The notes beneath the pieces were generated by a model that searched no databases, had not been told where the DNA came from, and was given only the letters and a program-made list of their open reading frames with translations. The position numbers and the translations under genes were made by a program. Source: Candidatus Adlerbacteria bacterium (GTDB lineage: Bacteria; Patescibacteriota; Minisyncoccia; Phycocordibacterales; SBAW01). From it: a DNA stretch of 64,000 nucleotides. This document shows, piece by piece, positions 1-9,417 of the stretch. The DNA lies in the NCBI GenBank assembly GCA_026397405.1, contig JAPLUW010000002.1, positions 40,214-104,213 on the forward strand, in the 5' to 3' direction. The stretch's first letter is position 1, and the number at the start of each line of letters is the position of its first letter.

Positions 1-975
1 CCAGTAGCGCAATGCACGCGGGGAAAACCCACGGTCCATAAAACTTTTAAGCGTAATGGCGTTGCCAACCGACTTACCGATGCGTTTAGACTCTATAGTA
101 ATAAATTCGTTATGCATCCAATAGCGAACAAACTGTTTTCCTGTCACTGCTTCGGCCTGTGCAATTTCGTTATTGTGATGGATAGAAATATGGTCGATGC
201 CACCCGTGTGGATGTCTATCTGTTTTCCGAGCAAGGTAAAGATCATCGCGGTGCATTCAATGTGCCACCCTGGGAACCCAAGCCCCCACGGTGACTTCCA
301 CCCCAGCTTGTTGTCAGACTTCCACAATATAAAGTCAGCAGGATTTCGTTTTTCCGGATTTATTTCGAGCCGGGCACCTGCTTCTTGTTCGACTGCGTTC
401 ATGCCGCCAAGTTTGCCGTATCCTGCAAATTTTTTTGTATCAAAATATACTCCGTCATTTGCAACATAGGCGTAGCCTTTTTGTTCGAGCGTGCTAATAA
501 GCGCTATCTGCTCGGGGACGTATGCGCTTGCGCGAGGGAATGTTATCCGTTTTGTGTCGACACCAATAGACGTAAGGTCTTCCAAGAAAGCTTCTGCGTA
601 GCGTTCGGCCAACACGCGCATATTTTTCATCGTCAACGCAAGCCCTTCGCGTTTGAGGCCTTTTGTCATTTTGTCTTCGCCTTCGTCGGCGTCGGAAATT
701 AAATGTCCAAAGTCGGTGATGTTAATTACTTGCTTCACATTGTAGCGCCATGCGTCGAGTGTGCGGCGCAAAGTATCGGCAAAAATATACGACCGCAAAT
801 TGCCTATGGTTGCATAGTCGTACACAGTGGGGCCGCAGTTGTACATCTTGACCTCTTTTGCGGAGAGGGGAGTAAAGGCCTCGAGCGTGCCCGAAAGCGT
901 GCTGTGGAGCATAAGCGGTGGAAGGTCCACGCCCGGCCCTCCTGCAGGTTTGGTTCGTTTGAGAAATGAAAACAT
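1..975 (-). CDS. cysS: Cysteinyl-tRNA synthetase, 5' part (runs off window start; absent from ORF track)
   Basis: Manual translation from ATG at 975: MFSFLKRTKP...VKMYNCGPTVYDYATIGNLRSYIFADTLRR, matching the CysRS CGPTVY/HIGH region. Confidence 0.95.
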   Translation of the reverse strand, partial: MFSFLKRTKPAGGPGVDLPPLMLHSTLSGTLEAFTPLSAKEVKMYNCGPTVYDYATIGNLRSYIFADTLRRTLDAWRYNVKQVINITDFGHLISDADEGEDKMTKGLKREGLALTMKNMRVLAERYAEAFLEDLTSIGVDTKRITFPRASAYVPEQIALISTLEQKGYAYVANDGVYFDTKKFAGYGKLGGMNAVEQEAGARLEINPEKRNPADFILWKSDNKLGWKSPWGLGFPGWHIECTAMIFTLLGKQIDIHTGGIDHISIHHNNEIAQAEAVTGKQFVRYWMHNEFITIESKRIGKSVGNAITLKSFMDRGFSPRALRYW

Positions 976-980
976 GTGGT

Positions 981-1892
981 TTAGAGCCAGTCCTTATGCT
1001 TAAAATATACAAAACATGTGCAGGCGACTGTCGCCATACCCCCTGATACTATCCAAAAATCGTAGTGGCTGCCAATAATAGGCATGTGCTGTGCGTTCAT
1101 CCCAAAAAGCCCTGCAATAAATGACAACGGCAAAAAGATAAATGCGAGCACCGTAAACTCCCTCATTATTTCATTTTGTTTTGTCGTTAAGAGAGAGTTG
1201 TTTGTCTCGCGTAGCTCGGTCAGCGAGTCGTGCAGGTTTACCAGTGTTCGCCTAATGCGTTCGTACGCACCTTCCAAGTTGCGCAGGTGGTAGGAAAATT
1301 CTGCACCAAACATGCGCGTGCCAACAGGTTCGAACGACTTGAGCATTTCTTCATGGGGAGCAAGTGACTGTTTAAAATCGTGTATGGTCCGGCCCACTTT
1401 GGAAAGTTCTGCAACCATGCGGCGTTCGTCGCCGCTAAAAATATGCTCTTCGATATTTTGCAGGCGGCGATGCACCGTGCTGCAGCCGCTTTCGAGTGCC
1501 TGGTAGAGGTTGCGCACCATAGAAATAAACAAGTGCCCGCCGTGCGAGGTGGTGGTGTCTGTCCCGAGCACGCCCGCAACTTCAAACGCTTTTGCAAACG
1601 AATGCAGCGGGTCGACATTTTCGTACCTGGTGGTTATCAAAAAGTTTTTACCAATTAAAAAGTCTATCTCCTGCTCGGGAGTTTGGTGCATGCTCCGCAT
1701 AATAGGGAAATGTAAAATGACATATATCACGTCGCCGCGTTTTTCTACCTTGGGTTTGTAGGAGGGGAGCAAAAGCTCTTCAGCAATAAGGGGGTCTATC
1801 CCAAATTCGTGCATCAAGCCGCGCACTTCTGCCGGCGTTGGCGAAACGCAGTCTATCCACACGAGATTCTCGCGCACGTATCTCGTCAACAT
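981..1892 (-). CDS. corA: CorA family Mg2+/Co2+ transporter
   Basis: C-terminal two TM helices with FLPLSFIAGLFGMN (GMN motif); start chosen at MLTRY. Confidence 0.9.
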   Translation of the reverse strand: MLTRYVRENLVWIDCVSPTPAEVRGLMHEFGIDPLIAEELLLPSYKPKVEKRGDVIYVILHFPIMRSMHQTPEQEIDFLIGKNFLITTRYENVDPLHSFAKAFEVAGVLGTDTTTSHGGHLFISMVRNLYQALESGCSTVHRRLQNIEEHIFSGDERRMVAELSKVGRTIHDFKQSLAPHEEMLKSFEPVGTRMFGAEFSYHLRNLEGAYERIRRTLVNLHDSLTELRETNNSLLTTKQNEIMREFTVLAFIFLPLSFIAGLFGMNAQHMPIIGSHYDFWIVSGGMATVACTCFVYFKHKDWL

Positions 1893-1958
1893 ATAGAAAT
1901 AGTATAGCACCACAAAATCGCATCCAATGTTCCATTTGTGATATACTGACAGCCACGT

Positions 1959-3188
1959 ATGACATCATCTAAATGGAAGGCAGCAGCGGTACTTGTAGCA
2001 ATTGTCGGAGCATTTTATGTAGGTGTCTCGATGCACCAACAGAGCGTTTCTGCGGCGGGTGGCATTACAACGAATGTAGTCTCTAGCACAAGCCAACCAA
2101 CAGACGTAGACATGAAGCAATTTTGGACCGCCTACCAATTGCTCAACAGCAACTTTGTGATGGTCCACGCATCAAGCACATTCCCAACTCAGCAAGAACA
2201 AATATATGGCGCAATTGCGGGACTTACTGCAAGTTTTAACGACCCCTACACTGTCTTTTTCCCACCGTCCGACGCGACTGTGTTCCAGCAGGACATCAGC
2301 GGTTCATTTGGAGGCGTTGGTATGGAAATAGACAACAATGCATCAGGGCAATTGGTGGTGGTGTCGGCACTTAAAAATACTCCAGCAGAACGTGCGGGTA
2401 TACAGAGTGGCGACATTATCGTGGCCATTGGTGCAACAAGTACGGCAAACATCCCTTCCGACCAAGCCGTTAAAATTATTCGCGGACCCATCGGGACAAC
2501 GGTTACTCTCAAAATACAACGCGTAGGGGAAGCAAAACCTCTTAGTGTTTCAATTGTTCGCGACACTATCAATATCCCAGTTCTCGACACCCACAAACGT
2601 GACGACGGAATATTTGTTATCAACCTCTACAGCTTTTCAGAAAATTCTGTTGACCTCTTCCTCGCTGCGCTGCGCCAGTTTATACAGTCGGGCGACACCA
2701 AGCTTATCCTCGACCTGCGTGGCAACCCAGGCGGATACCTAGACGCGGCAGTTAACATGGCAAGCTACTTCTTGCCAGTTGGCGACACGGTGGTGACAGA
2801 AGACTTTAAGGGCAAACAAGACAATGTCGACCATCGCAGCCTTGGGTACAACATCTTCCAAGGTAATTCGAACTTTAAAATGGCAGTGCTGGTAAACCAA
2901 GGCTCCGCGTCGGCGTCAGAGATTTTGGCAGGTGCGTTGCAACAACACGGAGTGGCAAAACTTGTGGGTACGCGTAGTTTTGGCAAAGGCTCGGTGCAAG
3001 AGTTGATGGACTTAGGAGGTGGAGCAGAACTTAAGGTCACTATTGCTCGCTGGCTGACACCAAACGGTAGTTCAATTTCAGACGGCGGTCTGCAGCCCGA
3101 CATCCAGGCTGCACGCACCCTCGACGACGTAAAAGCAGGCAACGATCCGCAAACAAACGCAGCGGTTCTGTATTTGCTCAACAACTAA
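1959..3188 (+). CDS. C-terminal processing peptidase, S41A family (CtpA/Prc-like) with PDZ domain
   Basis: N-terminal signal/[24 protein letters not shown] and SFGKG motifs. Confidence 0.93.
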   Translation: MTSSKWKAAAVLVAIVGAFYVGVSMHQQSVSAAGGITTNVVSSTSQPTDVDMKQFWTAYQLLNSNFVMVHASSTFPTQQEQIYGAIAGLTASFNDPYTVFFPPSDATVFQQDISGSFGGVGMEIDNNASGQLVVVSALKNTPAERAGIQSGDIIVAIGATSTANIPSDQAVKIIRGPIGTTVTLKIQRVGEAKPLSVSIVRDTINIPVLDTHKRDDGIFVINLYSFSENSVDLFLAALRQFIQSGDTKLILDLRGNPGGYLDAAVNMASYFLPVGDTVVTEDFKGKQDNVDHRSLGYNIFQGNSNFKMAVLVNQGSASASEILAGALQQHGVAKLVGTRSFGKGSVQELMDLGGGAELKVTIARWLTPNGSSISDGGLQPDIQAARTLDDVKAGNDPQTNAAVLYLLNN

Positions 3189-3210
3189 TACCAGTGTAAT
3201 TTCTCCGGAT

Positions 3211-3651
3211 ATGAAAGTACTATTCCTTAAAGATGTACGAGGTGTTGGACGCGCTATGGAGATTAAAAACGTGGCCGACGGCTATGCGGTTAACTTTCTC
3301 TTTCCTCAAAAATTTGCCGAACCTGCAACAGAAGAAACAGTTAAGCGGGTAGAATCACAAAAAAAAGCAGCAGAAGATGCAATAAAAAAAGAAGAAGATA
3401 TCCTCGACAAAAAAGTACTCTCGCTTAAAGGTAAAAAAATTACCATTACTGCCAAGGCAACTGAAAAAGGTGGTCTCTTTAAATCTATTGTTACAAAAGA
3501 CGTTGCAAAAGCTATTCTGGGCGAACACGCACTCCAAATTCCTGAAAGTTCGATAACTCTTACTCCTACAAAAACAGTGGGGGAACACAAAATAGTGCTT
3601 GCAAGTAAAAATCAAAAAGTGGATATGACTCTTGTTGTTGTCGCGGCATAG
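3211..3651 (+). CDS. rplI: 50S ribosomal protein L9
   Basis: [33 protein letters not shown]9 N-terminal signature. Confidence 0.95.
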   Translation: MKVLFLKDVRGVGRAMEIKNVADGYAVNFLFPQKFAEPATEETVKRVESQKKAAEDAIKKEEDILDKKVLSLKGKKITITAKATEKGGLFKSIVTKDVAKAILGEHALQIPESSITLTPTKTVGEHKIVLASKNQKVDMTLVVVAA

Positions 3652-3665
3652 TATACTGGGTGTAC

Positions 3666-4109
3666 ATGATACAAAAAGTAGTTGTGTTTTTTGACAAGCT
3701 TGAAGACCTCGTCCGTGCGCGTTTGAGCCATTGGCCTATTCTCTATTCGTTTATTGGGGGCGTTGGTATCGTCTTGTTTTGGAAAGGTGTCTGGGAAATG
3801 GCAGAATACTATCCTATTTTGTTTGGCTTCCCGTCGGTATTGATAGGGCTCGTGATACTACTTTCTACTGGCCTGCTCGTGTCATTTTTTATAGGTGACA
3901 ATATTATTTTGTCGGGCCTCAAGCACGAAAAAAAGGTCGTGGAAAAAACAGAAACAGAAGTACAGTCGGAAAAAAACAGCATATCCGATGTATTGGCAAA
4001 ACTTGAAACAATAGAAAAAAAGCTGGAAGCGTTTCAAAAAGCAAAAAAGCCCCGCAAAGGGCCTGTTGCTACAAAGATAGAAAAAATAGAAGAAGTGCTT
4101 ACGCAGTAA
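3666..4109 (+). CDS. Hypothetical two-TM membrane protein with charged C-terminal coiled tail
   Basis: Two hydrophobic segments; TATACT 8 nt before ATG; overlaps the rpmA 3' end by 11 nt. Confidence 0.75.
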   Translation: MIQKVVVFFDKLEDLVRARLSHWPILYSFIGGVGIVLFWKGVWEMAEYYPILFGFPSVLIGLVILLSTGLLVSFFIGDNIILSGLKHEKKVVEKTETEVQSEKNSISDVLAKLETIEKKLEAFQKAKKPRKGPVATKIEKIEEVLTQ

Positions 4110-4377
4110 CCACGTCGACCGCTGAACGAGTTGTCTTTTTGCCGTTGAAGTTTATTTTACGGACGTTGCGGAATGCTACGACGCCTTCTTTGATAGCAAA
4201 GATGGTGTGGTCTTTACCGAGGCCGACGTTTCGGCCTGGCATCATTGCCGTGCCGCGCTGGCGGACTATGATGTCGCCTATTTTTGCCTTTTGACCGGCA
4301 TAGAGTTTAACACCCAAATATTTTGCATTTGAGTCATTGAGGTTTTTCGCTGTTCCGCCTGCCTTTTTTGATGCCAT
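4099..4377 (-). CDS. rpmA: 50S ribosomal protein L27
   Basis: MASKKAGG...LGVKLY...IIVRQRGT...[11 protein letters not shown]. Confidence 0.96.
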   Translation of the reverse strand: MASKKAGGTAKNLNDSNAKYLGVKLYAGQKAKIGDIIVRQRGTAMMPGRNVGLGKDHTIFAIKEGVVAFRNVRKINFNGKKTTRSAVDVVTA

Positions 4378-4391
4378 AAGGTTGTGCAGAG

Positions 4392-4455
4392 ATAGTACCA
4401 AAAACGGGTCATTTAGGCAAGTTTTATTGCCTGGGACTGCATAACAACGTATTAT
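4392..4455. promoter_or_regulatory. Back-to-back sigma70 promoters for rpmA (-) and the exonuclease gene (+)
   Basis: Minus: TTGCCT(4420-4415)-17 nt-TACTAT(4397-4392); plus: TTGCCT(4427-4432)-17 nt-TATTAT(4450-4455), 6 nt before ATG 4462. Confidence 0.7.
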
Positions 4456-4461
4456 TGAGGC

Positions 4462-5058
4462 ATGTTAGTCGTAGATATTGAAGCCAGCGGCCTGGATGCC
4501 AAGAAAAACTCTATTGTGAGCATTGGGGCCTTGGACCTCGACCACCCGGAAAACCAGCTTTACGAAGAATGCCGGGTTTGGGACGGCGCCCATATAGAAG
4601 AGCAGGCCCTGGAAGTAAACGGCTTTACCCGCGAGCAAATAACCGACCTTGCTAAGCAAAGCGAGGGCGATTTGGTCCACAAGTTTAAAATCTTTGCCGA
4701 AGGCGTTGCCGAGCGTACCTTGGCCGGCCAAAACGTGTCGTTTGACCGCGATTTTTTGCAGGCAGCAGCTGCCCGTGCAGGCCACACCAGCTGGCCGTTT
4801 GCACACCGCACTATAGACACCCATACCCTGTGTTTTATGCATATGGTTAAAAGGGGAGTGACACCCCCTGTAGACCCGGAAAAGCACCATTCCAGCCTTA
4901 ACTTGGACGCTGTGCTCAACTACTGTGGCATTCCAAGCGAACCGCAGCCCCATAACGCCCTTACGGGGGCAAAGTCGCATGCTGAGGTTATCTCCCGTTT
5001 GCTCTACGACAAAAAGCTGCTCCCAGAGTTCGAAGCGTTTGAAATCCCTTGGATATAA
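4462..5058 (+). CDS. DEDDh/DnaQ-like 3'-5' exonuclease
   Basis: ExoI VVDIEASG, ExoII GQNVSFD, ExoIII-like HNALTGA. Confidence 0.85.
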   Translation: MLVVDIEASGLDAKKNSIVSIGALDLDHPENQLYEECRVWDGAHIEEQALEVNGFTREQITDLAKQSEGDLVHKFKIFAEGVAERTLAGQNVSFDRDFLQAAAARAGHTSWPFAHRTIDTHTLCFMHMVKRGVTPPVDPEKHHSSLNLDAVLNYCGIPSEPQPHNALTGAKSHAEVISRLLYDKKLLPEFEAFEIPWI

Positions 5059-5152
5059 GCCAAAAAAACCTTATATAACAACATTTTTTATCGTCAAGGC
5101 GATATCCACAGGAAGTGATGGGGAAGGGGGTTTATATGTCAATACCCTCCTA

Positions 5153-5181
5153 TTGACCCCTTGACATATTTTTGATAATGT
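5153..5181 (+). promoter_or_regulatory. Putative sigma70 promoter for the lysozyme-like gene
   Basis: TTGACC(5153-5158)-17 nt-TAATGT(5176-5181) with extended TG. Confidence 0.5.
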
Positions 5182-5270
5182 ATTGTTTAGTCGGCGGTCG
5201 AGCCGGCTTTTTTCGTGCCTGGCATACCGCCGGCCGTACCACTTAACCCTAACCCTATGCCACTACATTC

Positions 5271-5705
5271 ATGCCTCTTACTCTTGGCCTCGCTCTGGCG
5301 CTCTCTGCGGCACTAGGAACAACCCCCGCAACCACTACAACGCCAGTCCCAACTATCATGTCGCCTCAGGCGCAGACAGTCCGGGAGTATGTACAGACCT
5401 ACTTTGCCGATGAGCCTATTATGGTGGACATCGCGCAGTGCGAGTCGCACTTTCGCCAATACAACAAAAGTGGCGCCGTTTACCGTGGCGTCCAAAATAA
5501 CCAAGACGTTGGGGTGATGCAGATAAACGAGCGCTACCACTTAAACACTGCCGTGAAGACGGGCTTTGACCTCTACAGCCTTGAAGGAAACACCGCCTAC
5601 GCGCGCTATTTGTACGACAAAGAAGGTACCACGCCGTGGGCATCGTCCGAGCCCTGCTGGGGCAAAACAAAGAACGCAAAGTTGCTTGCTCTTGCAGGTA
5701 AATAA
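5271..5705 (+). CDS. Secreted lysozyme/lytic transglycosylase-like protein
   Basis: Signal peptide, Thr/Pro linker, IAQCES (catalytic Glu-Ser) and GVMQIN motifs. Confidence 0.75.
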   Translation: MPLTLGLALALSAALGTTPATTTTPVPTIMSPQAQTVREYVQTYFADEPIMVDIAQCESHFRQYNKSGAVYRGVQNNQDVGVMQINERYHLNTAVKTGFDLYSLEGNTAYARYLYDKEGTTPWASSEPCWGKTKNAKLLALAGK

Positions 5706-5723
5706 AGTTTGATTCTAAGAGCA

Positions 5724-5757
5724 CAAAAACCACTCCACTAAAAAGGAGTGGTTTTTG
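5724..5757 (+). terminator. Intrinsic (probably bidirectional) terminator
   Basis: caaaaaccactcc-N8-ggagtggtttttg perfect inverted repeat after the stop. Confidence 0.75.
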
Positions 5758-5763
5758 CTATGT

Positions 5764-5792
5764 AAAAATAGGGAAGTCAGTTCCCTATTTTT
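5764..5792. terminator. Second hairpin, likely terminator for converging minus-strand transcription
   Basis: aaaaatagggaa-gtcag-ttccctattttt. Confidence 0.55.
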
Positions 5793-6043
5793 TAAAAAGA
5801 AAATCGCCAGCATGGATAGCTGGCGAAAAAGGGGTACCCCTCGGGACGTGTTGGGAATGAGTTTGGGGCTCACTCGGCTCTTCTGGGGGTCAGAGGAACG
5901 GAGTACTCTTTCCAAACCATGCACGAACGCTCGTACATGCATGTTGTCCCAAGGGGCCTGCTGGAAGTTCGCCGGAGAGGGTAAAGTCCAGGGCGAATCC
6001 AACAGAACGGTCTGCCCATATCCTATACCTTGTCGGACAAGAG

Positions 6044-6364
6044 TCAACCATTCTTTCTGAAGCTATCAAAGTACTCCTCTCTGAGTGTGGCGACTTCTTC
6101 CACCACCTCTTTGGCTGCGTGTATGTGTGCACACGCAAGACCTGTTGGTGCAGATAACATAAGGACTGCTAGGGCTGCAAGTAGCCCTACCTCAAGGGGG
6201 CTATCTAAAGATATGAAGGCAAAATAAAAGCAGAGACCCCACATGACGCAGAGCACCCTTAGAACCCTGCGCCAAAATCTCAATTCGGATTCTGCCTCGT
6301 ATCGCCTTTCAAAAGGCTCTGCGAGAACTACCTGAATAGCCATGGCCGACCTCATGAACTTCAT
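6044..6364 (-). CDS. Hypothetical small membrane protein
   Basis: 106-aa ORF with two hydrophobic stretches; start uncertain; no recognisable family. Confidence 0.45.
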   Translation of the reverse strand: MKFMRSAMAIQVVLAEPFERRYEAESELRFWRRVLRVLCVMWGLCFYFAFISLDSPLEVGLLAALAVLMLSAPTGLACAHIHAAKEVVEEVATLREEYFDSFRKNG

Positions 6365-6812
6365 CCACAGGAGCGTGGTTAAAATTAGAGTAACAGATGA
6401 AGATAGGCGGTCAATAGTTTCTGTCTATTTTCAAACGTATCTGTGTGGGGAAGTAGCTCATAGGAGATGTGTAGTGCGGCACGTAACCACACAGCGTGTT
6501 CAAAGGAACCCTAGTCTTCTAGGCTAATATGAGTCGCAAAAGATATATTGTGCGACGTATAGTTACGAACAAAGAGGGCTCCCCCAAGCTACATACGATT
6601 CTTTACAAAAGAAAAATTTATAGACATTTCTTTTACCACGTCCCTACCCTCGGGGTCTGTAAGAAAATTTCCCCGGAGAATCTATCAACCCTTTTCAAAA
6701 TTTACTGTCAGAATTTTTATTAATAAAACGGGGAAGTACTCCCCTACCAGTTCTATTCCCTTCCAAGTAGAAGTGTGGTATTTTGTGGAAGAAAGCACAT
6801 GGAGGCAGCTGC

Positions 6813-7361
6813 ATGACGGAGTCTTTTGAAAGCCAGCAACTTGGTGATATCACAAAGTGCTGGACGGTTCATTACGGATTTCTTTCGCTCAGGAAAAAGA
6901 ACGTAGTGGTCCGTGCACAACAGGTTGCAATTGAGGGAGAAGGCAACCTCGCCAAAATTGCGACCGCCAAGATAACCATCTTGTATAACGGTATCCTCGC
7001 CTACCAGCGCGAGATTCCGTACCACATGCTATTGGGCAAGAACATGCTCGCGCTGCAAGTCTACACGATGCAGCAGTCGCCGAAGTACATGAATAAAGAG
7101 TTTCGGGCTATCATGTTGCATTTTGTTTTGTTGTGCGACAAGAACATGCCCGGCTATACAAAGGTCTCCTGGTATGGACGAGACCCCCACATCAAACCGA
7201 ATACCTACCGCGACGACTTCCGTCCTGTAGACGGCTACGGCGACTACACCGAACAAGACTCCAAGGCGTTGAGTAGAGGCGCCCTGTTCTTTATAGGCGT
7301 GAGCCTCCTTTTAATTGGCGCGTTTGGGCTCGGGGTTGTCTTCCTAAATCTACGATCTTGA
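6813..7361 (+). CDS. Hypothetical protein with C-terminal TM anchor
   Basis: GGAGG 7 nt before ATG 6813; hydrophobic C-terminus; terminator follows. Confidence 0.65.
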   Translation: MTESFESQQLGDITKCWTVHYGFLSLRKKNVVVRAQQVAIEGEGNLAKIATAKITILYNGILAYQREIPYHMLLGKNMLALQVYTMQQSPKYMNKEFRAIMLHFVLLCDKNMPGYTKVSWYGRDPHIKPNTYRDDFRPVDGYGDYTEQDSKALSRGALFFIGVSLLLIGAFGLGVVFLNLRS

Positions 7362-7386
7362 GAAGTTTCATTTTTCCTTGTTGCTC

Positions 7387-7416
7387 ACCTGCCCCTACCG
7401 GCAGGTTTTCTTTTTT
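7387..7416 (+). terminator. Intrinsic terminator
   Basis: acctgcc-N6-ggcaggt followed by tttctttttt. Confidence 0.7.
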
Positions 7417-7420
7417 ACAT

Positions 7421-7453
7421 AAGAAAATGCCACCCGGGTGGGGCGGCATTTTT
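7421..7453 (-). terminator. Intrinsic terminator of the 52-aa small protein gene
   Basis: Minus strand atgccgccc...gggtggcat stem followed by tttctt. Confidence 0.65.
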
Positions 7454-7471
7454 ACGCGGAGATAGCGGAGG

Positions 7472-7630
7472 TCAGTGGAGCGCTGCGTTGCCTAAAATAG
7501 CAGCAATCACCGCCACGATTACAAACAGCAGTAATTCGTAGCTGTCGTTGTTTGGCCGGTCCGTGCCAGCAAAGTGCTTGCCGCCAGCCGCAGTACCTGA
7601 CAAATTGGCAGTAGGCGCGTTCCCTTCCAT
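7472..7630 (-). CDS. 52-aa small protein with C-terminal TM helix
   Basis: AAAGGAGGT SD before ATG 7630; own promoter and terminator; MEGNAPTANL...LLLFVIVAVIAAILGNAALH. Confidence 0.7.
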   Translation of the reverse strand: MEGNAPTANLSGTAAGGKHFAGTDRPNNDSYELLLFVIVAVIAAILGNAALH

Positions 7631-7669
7631 GTTGAGACCTCCTTTGAAGGACCTCTTCTTTTCTCCATA

Positions 7670-7698
7670 ACTGTAGGACACCTACTGAAAAGGTGCAA
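7670..7698 (-). promoter_or_regulatory. sigma70 promoter of the 52-aa gene
   Basis: TTGCAC(7698-7693)-17 nt-TACAGT(7675-7670). Confidence 0.65.
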
Positions 7699-7730
7699 GA
7701 GCCCTTGTTCATCGGTGGTTTTCCTTTAAA

Positions 7731-7880
7731 TTAGAAAGGTTTTTCGCCGCGGATAAGGCGAACGAGTACCATGATAATTGCAACGACAAGCAGTACGTGG
7801 ATAAACCCACCAATAGTGTAGGACGTTACAACACCCAAAAGCCACAATATCAATAAAATAACGGCAATAGTGTACAGCAT
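7731..7880 (-). CDS. Lmo0937-family small membrane protein (below ORF-track cutoff)
   Basis: Manual translation MLYTIAVILLILWLLGVVTSYTIGGFIHVLLVVAIIMVLVRLIRGEKPF. Confidence 0.88.
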   Translation of the reverse strand: MLYTIAVILLILWLLGVVTSYTIGGFIHVLLVVAIIMVLVRLIRGEKPF

Positions 7881-7979
7881 GAGATTTTAGTTTAGTAAGT
7901 AAATAGCTACAGGTAAGATGACGGGCTCACGCGCCACTTATTACCAACTTGTATCGGCCAGGAGGTGTAGAATGGCGAT

Positions 7980-8633
7980 ATGCAAAACTATGCTGTCCAA
8001 CTGAAGTCCGTCCTTTCGCCCGCAGAAACAGCGCTATTTAAACGCCTCTCTTCCGCAAACAAAATACAAGACTTTTTAGATGAAATGCCGATTAATTTTG
8101 AATACCAAGGCGACACTATTTATTCGCCCCGGCAGGTAGTAGCACAGGGTAAGGCGCACTGCATTGAAGGCGCGCTGTTGGCCGCCGTTGTACTTGCCTA
8201 CCACGGCCAGCGGCCACTGTTACTCGACTTACAAACCCTTCCCTACGACGACGACCATGTCGTAGCGTTGTTTAAGGAAAACGGCTACTGGGGTGCTATA
8301 AGCAAAACAAACCACGCTATTTTACGGTGGCGCGACCCGGTGTACAAAACAGTTCGCGAACTTGCGATGTCGTTTTTTCACGAGTACTACATGAACGACG
8401 GTGTTAAAACTCTGCGTGCCTTTTCTCGCCCGTTTGACCTGCGCCGCTATGCGCCCGGAGACTGGGTTGTGTCGGAGGCTCCTCTTGAGCGTATTGCAGA
8501 AGAGTTGGACGACTCGCCCCACTTCCCTATTTTGCAGGGCATAACTAAAAAATCGCTTCGCAAAGCATCTCTTGCTGAATGTAAAATACTCGACGTTGTC
8601 GAATGGGAGTCAGAAAAAAAGAAACTGCTCTAG
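7980..8633 (+). CDS. Transglutaminase/papain-like fold hypothetical protein
   Basis: AHCIEGA Cys, DHVVALF His, YWGAISK; TAGAAT 6 nt before ATG. Confidence 0.65.
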   Translation: MQNYAVQLKSVLSPAETALFKRLSSANKIQDFLDEMPINFEYQGDTIYSPRQVVAQGKAHCIEGALLAAVVLAYHGQRPLLLDLQTLPYDDDHVVALFKENGYWGAISKTNHAILRWRDPVYKTVRELAMSFFHEYYMNDGVKTLRAFSRPFDLRRYAPGDWVVSEAPLERIAEELDDSPHFPILQGITKKSLRKASLAECKILDVVEWESEKKKLL

Positions 8634-8643
8634 TGCTACTGCG

Positions 8644-9417
8644 TTAGTTTTTAAACCCAGTACCGCGTTTAAACAAAACGAGTGCAGTGACAGCAAGTAC
8701 GAGGGTGATCCCTATAAGGAGCGTAAAGCTTGTTGCAATTGAAACGTCGCTAAACCCTAGGAAGCCGTACCGGAAGGCATTAACTATGTAGAGTATTGGG
8801 TTAAACAACGACACGGCACGCCAAAACGGTGGAAACTGGTCGATGGAGTAAAAGATACCGCCCAAGTATGTTAGTGGCGTCAGCACAAACGTTGGCACAA
8901 TAGAAATGCCGTCAAAGCCTTTTGCAAAAATCCCGTTCACAAGTCCCGCAAGCGAAAACATGACCGAGGTAAGCACTACCGCACACAACAACACCGCAAT
9001 GTTGTAAATTATCAAGTGTGTGAAAAAAAGCGAGACTATAAGCACGAGTGTTCCAACAAGGAGGCCTCGCATCACCCCACCACTTACGTACCCTGCGATA
9101 ACAACCCAGTCGGGTGTTGGTGACACAAGCACTTCGTCTAAGTTGCGCTGCCACTTAGCAAAGTAAAAAGTCGAAACCGTGTTCATGTACGAGCTGGTGA
9201 TAACCGACATCATAATCAGGCCCGGCACAATAAACTGCATGTAACTAAAGCCGTGTATGGCTTGCAACTGCGAGCCTATAAACGAACCAAAGACAATAAA
9301 ATACAGGCCTGTTGTGACAACTGGCGGGAGCAGAGTCTGGCTCCAGATGCGCACCATACGCACAAACTCTTTGCGCAACATAGTGTAGTAGGAAATCCAA
9401 ATTTTTGCCGGGCTCAT
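8644..9417 (-). CDS. ABC-2 type transporter permease (YadH-like)
   Basis: QTLLPPV, YMQFIVPGLIMMSVI, TPLTYLGGIFYS, NPILY motifs. Confidence 0.9.
   Translation of the reverse strand: MSPAKIWISYYTMLRKEFVRMVRIWSQTLLPPVVTTGLYFIVFGSFIGSQLQAIHGFSYMQFIVPGLIMMSVITSSYMNTVSTFYFAKWQRNLDEVLVSPTPDWVVIAGYVSGGVMRGLLVGTLVLIVSLFFTHLIIYNIAVLLCAVVLTSVMFSLAGLVNGIFAKGFDGISIVPTFVLTPLTYLGGIFYSIDQFPPFWRAVSLFNPILYIVNAFRYGFLGFSDVSIATSFTLLIGITLVLAVTALVLFKRGTGFKN

Noticed and set aside
112-1012. Several short ORFs in the track
   Set aside because: Shadows or alternate frames of cysS, which the track missed because its stop is outside the window
5975-5995. gagggtaaagtcc resembling the RNase P RNA GAGGAAAGUCC motif
   Set aside because: Imperfect match and the remaining conserved RNase P regions were not found
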